A stretch of DNA of 38,405 nt from an uncultured Chitinophagales bacterium (GTDB taxonomy: Bacteria; Bacteroidota; Rhodothermia; Balneolales; M1805), in contig CAZIQX010000005.1 in assembly GCA_964541325.1 (NCBI GenBank), positions 1 through 38,405 of the forward strand. Direction: 5' to 3'. Below the pieces are notes generated by a model. The model was given only the letters and a program-made list of their open reading frames with translations, did no database searches and had not been told where the DNA came from. This document shows positions 34,585 to 38,405 of this stretch, piece by piece. Position 1 is the stretch's first letter, and every line of letters starts with the position of its first letter. The translations under genes were made by a program, and so were the position numbers.

Positions 34585-36319
34585 GTCCTAACTTTTTTTG
34601 CAGATACGTTCGTGTAGGTTCTAACTCCAGAGCTTTTTTCCACCACAATTTCGCTTCATCAAGATTATTGAGCTTTTCGTTTACATCGCCTAAATGCTCA
34701 TACACTTCTGCGCTTCCACCACCGGCATCTATGGCTTTTTGGATATATATTTTGGCATCATCATACAATTTATTTTGATATAAAATCCATCCATAGGTAT
34801 CTAAAAATGAAGGGTTTTCGGGCTCAATATCCAAACTTTTCTTACTCATGAGCTTGGCTTCGTTGAGTTTTTCGCCGCGCACGCTTAGATAATATGCGTA
34901 GTTATTAAGGGCAGTAGCATTATTCGGGTCGAGTTTGATTGCCGCATCGTAGGCTTCAGCTGCAGATTCCCAACGATCTAATTGATAATAGGCATCGCCC
35001 ATAATAGTATGAATTACCGATTTAAATTCGCGTCGAGCAGGTGCATAGGTGGCTTTTTTTAGCCACGTAACTGCCTGCTGATAATTTTGTGTTGAAAAAT
35101 GAGCAGCTCCAATAGCATATTCCACAAATGCATTTTCAGGAACGGCCTGATCAATTTCTCCAGCTCTTTCAATTAATGTAGAAAAGGAACCTGTTGCCAG
35201 ATACAATTGAACCAATTCCAGCCATGCATTTTGATTGGTTGCATTTAATTCAACAGCTTTTTCAAATTGATTTTTTGCCTCAAGAGGTTCGTTCAAAACG
35301 TTTTGCAAACTGCCTAATAACACATACGCATCGGATTGTTTTGGGTGACGCTCAATTAAAACCTTTGCATACTCACTTACTTTTTTTAGGCCATAAAATC
35401 GTTGGTCTTGTTCGGTTGCTTCTATTTGGGAAATCACATAACGAACATATTGCTCTTTGGGAAGAAAGCCTAAGTCATCACTATGCAAAATGCGATACGT
35501 AAGTGAATCCAAACCAATTTCATTTTGATTGGTCACATATAATTTCACTAATAGACGATAGGCAGCGGCATCGTTTAAATTTCGCTCCAGTAAGGTTAAT
35601 AGCGTGTATTCAGCAGATTCAGTATTCCCCATGGATAATTGCATTTCAGCAACAGAATAGCGCAATTGTGTATCCATCGGATTAATGTCTGATAAAGCTT
35701 GTAACTCAACTAATGCTGAATCTTTTTGTCCTAGCTGAGAAAAATTCAAATACCTGCGATAATGTGATGGTTCATCTGTTCCATATTGGCGAATAATTGA
35801 ACCATAAACGGCATTGGACTGCTCTAATTGACCGTTTTTTGTATGTAAATCTGCTAATTTATATCGGAGTTCAACGGTTGTTTCTTGTGTTTGAATAAAA
35901 GATTGTAAAGTTTCAATTGCTGCGTTTAAATCCCCGTTACTTTCATGAATTTCAATCACTTTTAATTGATAAAACCGGTTTTCAGGTTCATTTTTCGCTG
36001 CTTGATTAGCATAATAAAGCGCATTTGCTGGGTCACCAATGGCAAAGTAGGCATCAGCTAAAGCAAACTGAATACCAGGCTCATTCGGAAGCTTAATCAT
36101 TGCATTGGTGAATAAATCTAACGCTGTCTCGGCATCGCCCTCTTCAAAAGCAACAACACCTTTTATAAAAAATGCTTTTGCTTCAGCGGAATCGGCTGTT
36201 GTTACCGGAAATAATTCATTTGGAATAGGTTGCGCTTCTTGATTTGGAGAAAGCTTTTTGGTGCTTGAACAGGCCCAAAATGAAGTAATAACAAAGAATA
36301 AAAGTCCAATTTTTTGCAT
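34577..36319 (-). CDS. Tetratricopeptide-repeat lipoprotein
   Basis: 580 aa with signal and lipobox (FFVITSFWAC-S). Many 34-aa TPR-like units are present (e.g. AEAYDAAIKLDPNNATALNNYAYYL, AKLWWKKALELEP). Confidence 0.8.
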   Translation of the reverse strand: MQKIGLLFFVITSFWACSSTKKLSPNQEAQPIPNELFPVTTADSAEAKAFFIKGVVAFEEGDAETALDLFTNAMIKLPNEPGIQFALADAYFAIGDPANALYYANQAAKNEPENRFYQLKVIEIHESNGDLNAAIETLQSFIQTQETTVELRYKLADLHTKNGQLEQSNAVYGSIIRQYGTDEPSHYRRYLNFSQLGQKDSALVELQALSDINPMDTQLRYSVAEMQLSMGNTESAEYTLLTLLERNLNDAAAYRLLVKLYVTNQNEIGLDSLTYRILHSDDLGFLPKEQYVRYVISQIEATEQDQRFYGLKKVSEYAKVLIERHPKQSDAYVLLGSLQNVLNEPLEAKNQFEKAVELNATNQNAWLELVQLYLATGSFSTLIERAGEIDQAVPENAFVEYAIGAAHFSTQNYQQAVTWLKKATYAPARREFKSVIHTIMGDAYYQLDRWESAAEAYDAAIKLDPNNATALNNYAYYLSVRGEKLNEAKLMSKKSLDIEPENPSFLDTYGWILYQNKLYDDAKIYIQKAIDAGGGSAEVYEHLGDVNEKLNNLDEAKLWWKKALELEPTRTYLQKKLGHE

Positions 36320-36363
36320 GAGCTAAGGTAAGAAATGTCTGAAATCTGAACGGGTTAAACTTA

Positions 36364-37086
36364 TCAGAAATTGTTACGCCATTTAACTAAGGCATTGAAT
36401 GCGTTTAACATGCCGGAACCATACCACGAAAACCATTCTCCGTTTATACATTCAATCCGGGCTTTGGGCCATATTTGCTGAATTTCTTGAACATGCTTTT
36501 CTGTAAAAGGATAAGGTTCCGAGCTAAGTAACACACAATCGGGTTTTTCTTTTTTGAGATCATCATCTGAAAAAGAGGGATAACGCGTGTAATCAGAAAA
36601 GACATTTTTAAGCCCAAAGCGAAGCATCACATCGTGAATGTAGGTATCACTACCAACGCTCATCCAAGGGTCTTTCCAAATAAAATACGCCGTTTGTAGG
36701 GGTTTTAAGTCAGTTTTTGGAAGCTCATGTTTAATGGAGTGAACCAGTTGATGCACTTGTTTTTCACGTCCAAAAAGAGTCCCAATTTGTATCATTTCAT
36801 GAAAAGCATCCTCAATCGTGTCTATTTCGGTCACAAAAACCTGAGTAAAGTCTAGCAATGCTTCTACATCCTCTTTTCGATTCTCTTCTTTGTTGGCAAT
36901 TACCCAATCAGGTTTTAAGGATCTAATCTTTTCAATTCGAGGATTTTTCGTTCCTCCTATACTTGGAATCGCGGCTACTTTTTCTTGGGGATGAATACAA
37001 AAACGCGTTCTTCCAACAAGATTTTTTTCCAGACCGATATCCACCAAAAACTCTGTTAAACTGGGAACTAGCGAAACAATACGCAT
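36364..37086 (-). CDS. BtuF/helical-backbone metal-receptor-like (Peripla_BP_2-like) protein lacking a signal peptide
   Basis: 240 aa. It starts MRIVSLVPSLTEFLVDIGLEKNLVGRT, matching the first beta-alpha unit of class III SBPs. No signal peptide or lipobox is present. Confidence 0.6.
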   Translation of the reverse strand: MRIVSLVPSLTEFLVDIGLEKNLVGRTRFCIHPQEKVAAIPSIGGTKNPRIEKIRSLKPDWVIANKEENRKEDVEALLDFTQVFVTEIDTIEDAFHEMIQIGTLFGREKQVHQLVHSIKHELPKTDLKPLQTAYFIWKDPWMSVGSDTYIHDVMLRFGLKNVFSDYTRYPSFSDDDLKKEKPDCVLLSSEPYPFTEKHVQEIQQIWPKARIECINGEWFSWYGSGMLNAFNALVKWRNNF

Positions 37087-37089
37087 TGA

Positions 37090-37956
37090 TTATGCAAATT
37101 GATGAATGATTGTTTTAGCCCTCTGCACATACGTGCCACCAAATAAATTGGCATGAACCAAGATTGGATACAAATTATATAAGGCTACACGTTGTTGAAA
37201 CCCCGGTTGAAGAGGGTGTTCTGCTTGATAGGCTTGATAGAATTCGTCGGTAAACCCTCCAAAAAGTTGACTGAAAGCAAGTTCTGCTTCGCGATTGCCG
37301 TAATACATGGCCGGATCCACCAACCCTACGCCGTGTTCTACTGAGCAAATTACATTTCCTCGCCATAAATCTCCGTGCAGCAAAGCCGGTTGCTCATTCG
37401 GAAAAATAGAATGCCACATTTTTGAAGAAATAAACGCTTGATTTAGGTCAGCATCATCAATCAAATCGGCGTTTCGAGCTTTTTCAAGTTGAGGAAAAAT
37501 GCGCATCTCCCAAAAAAAATCAGCAAAATGCGCACGATAGTCATTCTTTTGAGGCAAATTCCCAATGTAATTGTCGTGATCAAGGCCAAAATGTGAGAAG
37601 GTAACCTTATGAAGATGGGCTAAGCCGGCTCCAAGTCGTGAAAAATCCTGTTTTTTAAACTCTCTTAGCTCTAAAAAGTCTAAGGCTAAAAAACTCAATC
37701 CACCATCTAAAACACCAACATCTAAAACTTTTGGAACAAACAAGCCTTCTGCATGATGAGCCAACATCGCTAATGCAGTTGCTTCTTTTTCGAACATATC
37801 AGCCGGAGCGTGCGTATTGTACTTCACAAAAATTTGGCCGGATTTCTGAAATTCTATTTGCAGCGCTTGATTAATATCGCCCCCGGCAACCCCTTGATAT
37901 CGTTCAATCGTATCCTGAAAACGTTCTTCTAAGGCAGCGAACAAGGCATTAGTCAT
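37090..37956 (-). CDS. Fructosamine/ketosamine-3-kinase family protein
   Basis: 288 aa with a kinase-like fold and the catalytic block PALLHGDLWRGN and VDPA.YYGNREAELA typical of FN3K homologues. Confidence 0.85.
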   Translation of the reverse strand: MTNALFAALEERFQDTIERYQGVAGGDINQALQIEFQKSGQIFVKYNTHAPADMFEKEATALAMLAHHAEGLFVPKVLDVGVLDGGLSFLALDFLELREFKKQDFSRLGAGLAHLHKVTFSHFGLDHDNYIGNLPQKNDYRAHFADFFWEMRIFPQLEKARNADLIDDADLNQAFISSKMWHSIFPNEQPALLHGDLWRGNVICSVEHGVGLVDPAMYYGNREAELAFSQLFGGFTDEFYQAYQAEHPLQPGFQQRVALYNLYPILVHANLFGGTYVQRAKTIIHQFA

Positions 37957-38405
37957 ACAATATGAGATTTTAATTGATTCAGTAACGTGATGCAGGAACG
38001 TGTAACCATTTGAAAAACTTGTTCGAATCCATCACTCCCACCGTAATACGGATCGGGAACATTCAAATCACCCTTGGCCAATTCATCAAATTCTCGCAAG
38101 AGAATAATTTTCTCTGATGGATAATCTCGGTGCATCAAACTTTTAATATCACGCTCATTTTGCGTGTCCATTGGGATAATTAAATCAAAATAATCAAGAT
38201 CAAAGCGTTCAAATTTTCGAGAGCGGCTCAACAATGAAACTCCATGTCGTTGCGCAGCGTCCCGACTTCTCGAATCGGCACGTTCTCCCACATGATAAGC
38301 TGAGGTTCCCGCTGAATCAATTTCAAAATAGACTTGAAGTCCGGCTTCATTCACCAAATGCTGGAAAACACCTTCAGCCGTTGGACTTCTACAAATATTA
38401 CCTAA
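37953..38405 (-). CDS. Low-molecular-weight protein tyrosine phosphatase (5' end truncated by window edge)
   Basis: The reverse complement of the last bases reads LGNICRSPTAEGVF, i.e. the C-x5-R-S P-loop with the Cys just outside the window. A downstream DPYYGG Asp-loop is present. Its stop overlaps the kinase ATG (ATGA). Confidence 0.85.
   Translation of the reverse strand, partial: LGNICRSPTAEGVFQHLVNEAGLQVYFEIDSAGTSAYHVGERADSRSRDAAQRHGVSLLSRSRKFERFDLDYFDLIIPMDTQNERDIKSLMHRDYPSEKIILLREFDELAKGDLNVPDPYYGGSDGFEQVFQMVTRSCITLLNQLKSHIV

Noticed and set aside
1-38405. Scan for CRISPR arrays, IS elements/transposases, phage or conjugation genes, and rRNA.
   Set aside because: I saw no regularly spaced direct repeats, no DDE/HUH/serine- or tyrosine-recombinase-like ORFs, and no rRNA-like conserved stretches. 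The only internal repeats are the in-frame LTD modules.

Overview
This is a 38.4-kb, gene-dense, low-GC chromosomal segment. Protein content suggests an FCB-group bacterium (Bacteroidota / Balneolota-like). That assignment rests on a FlgD-Ig/T9SS-type C-terminal domain, TPR-DUF4292-EnvC synteny, PD40 lipoproteins and mostly SD-poor starts. I can support one tRNA-Thr(UGU) and about 36 CDS. Most are housekeeping: ispD/ispF, queA, rsfS, dapD, murI, PhoH2, a TrmH-family methyltransferase, M23/EnvC envelope genes, and fructosamine kinase with LMW-PTP. I found no transposase, integrase, phage gene, CRISPR array or toxin-antitoxin pair, so most of the window looks like ordinary core genome. Three loci are worth a second look. 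(1) A tightly coupled type III polyketide synthase / SAM methyltransferase / flavin monooxygenase operon (10857-13759) sits behind a MATE exporter. This is the same enzyme trio as Streptomyces srsABC, so it is a predicted phenolic-lipid (alkylresorcinol/alkylquinone) pathway in an uncharacterised lineage. (2) A 1624-aa secreted protein (19789-24663) is built from five lamin-tail-domain modules spaced about 250 aa apart. (3) Divergent from it, a small signal-less protein is translationally coupled to a PD40 beta-propeller lipoprotein (17895-19626). Smaller oddities are tandem orphan solute-binding paralogs, two intergenic long-range inverted repeats, a Met-rich secreted protein, and an M23 peptidase with HxC instead of HxH. 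All functional calls come from reading motifs by eye; no database search was run.
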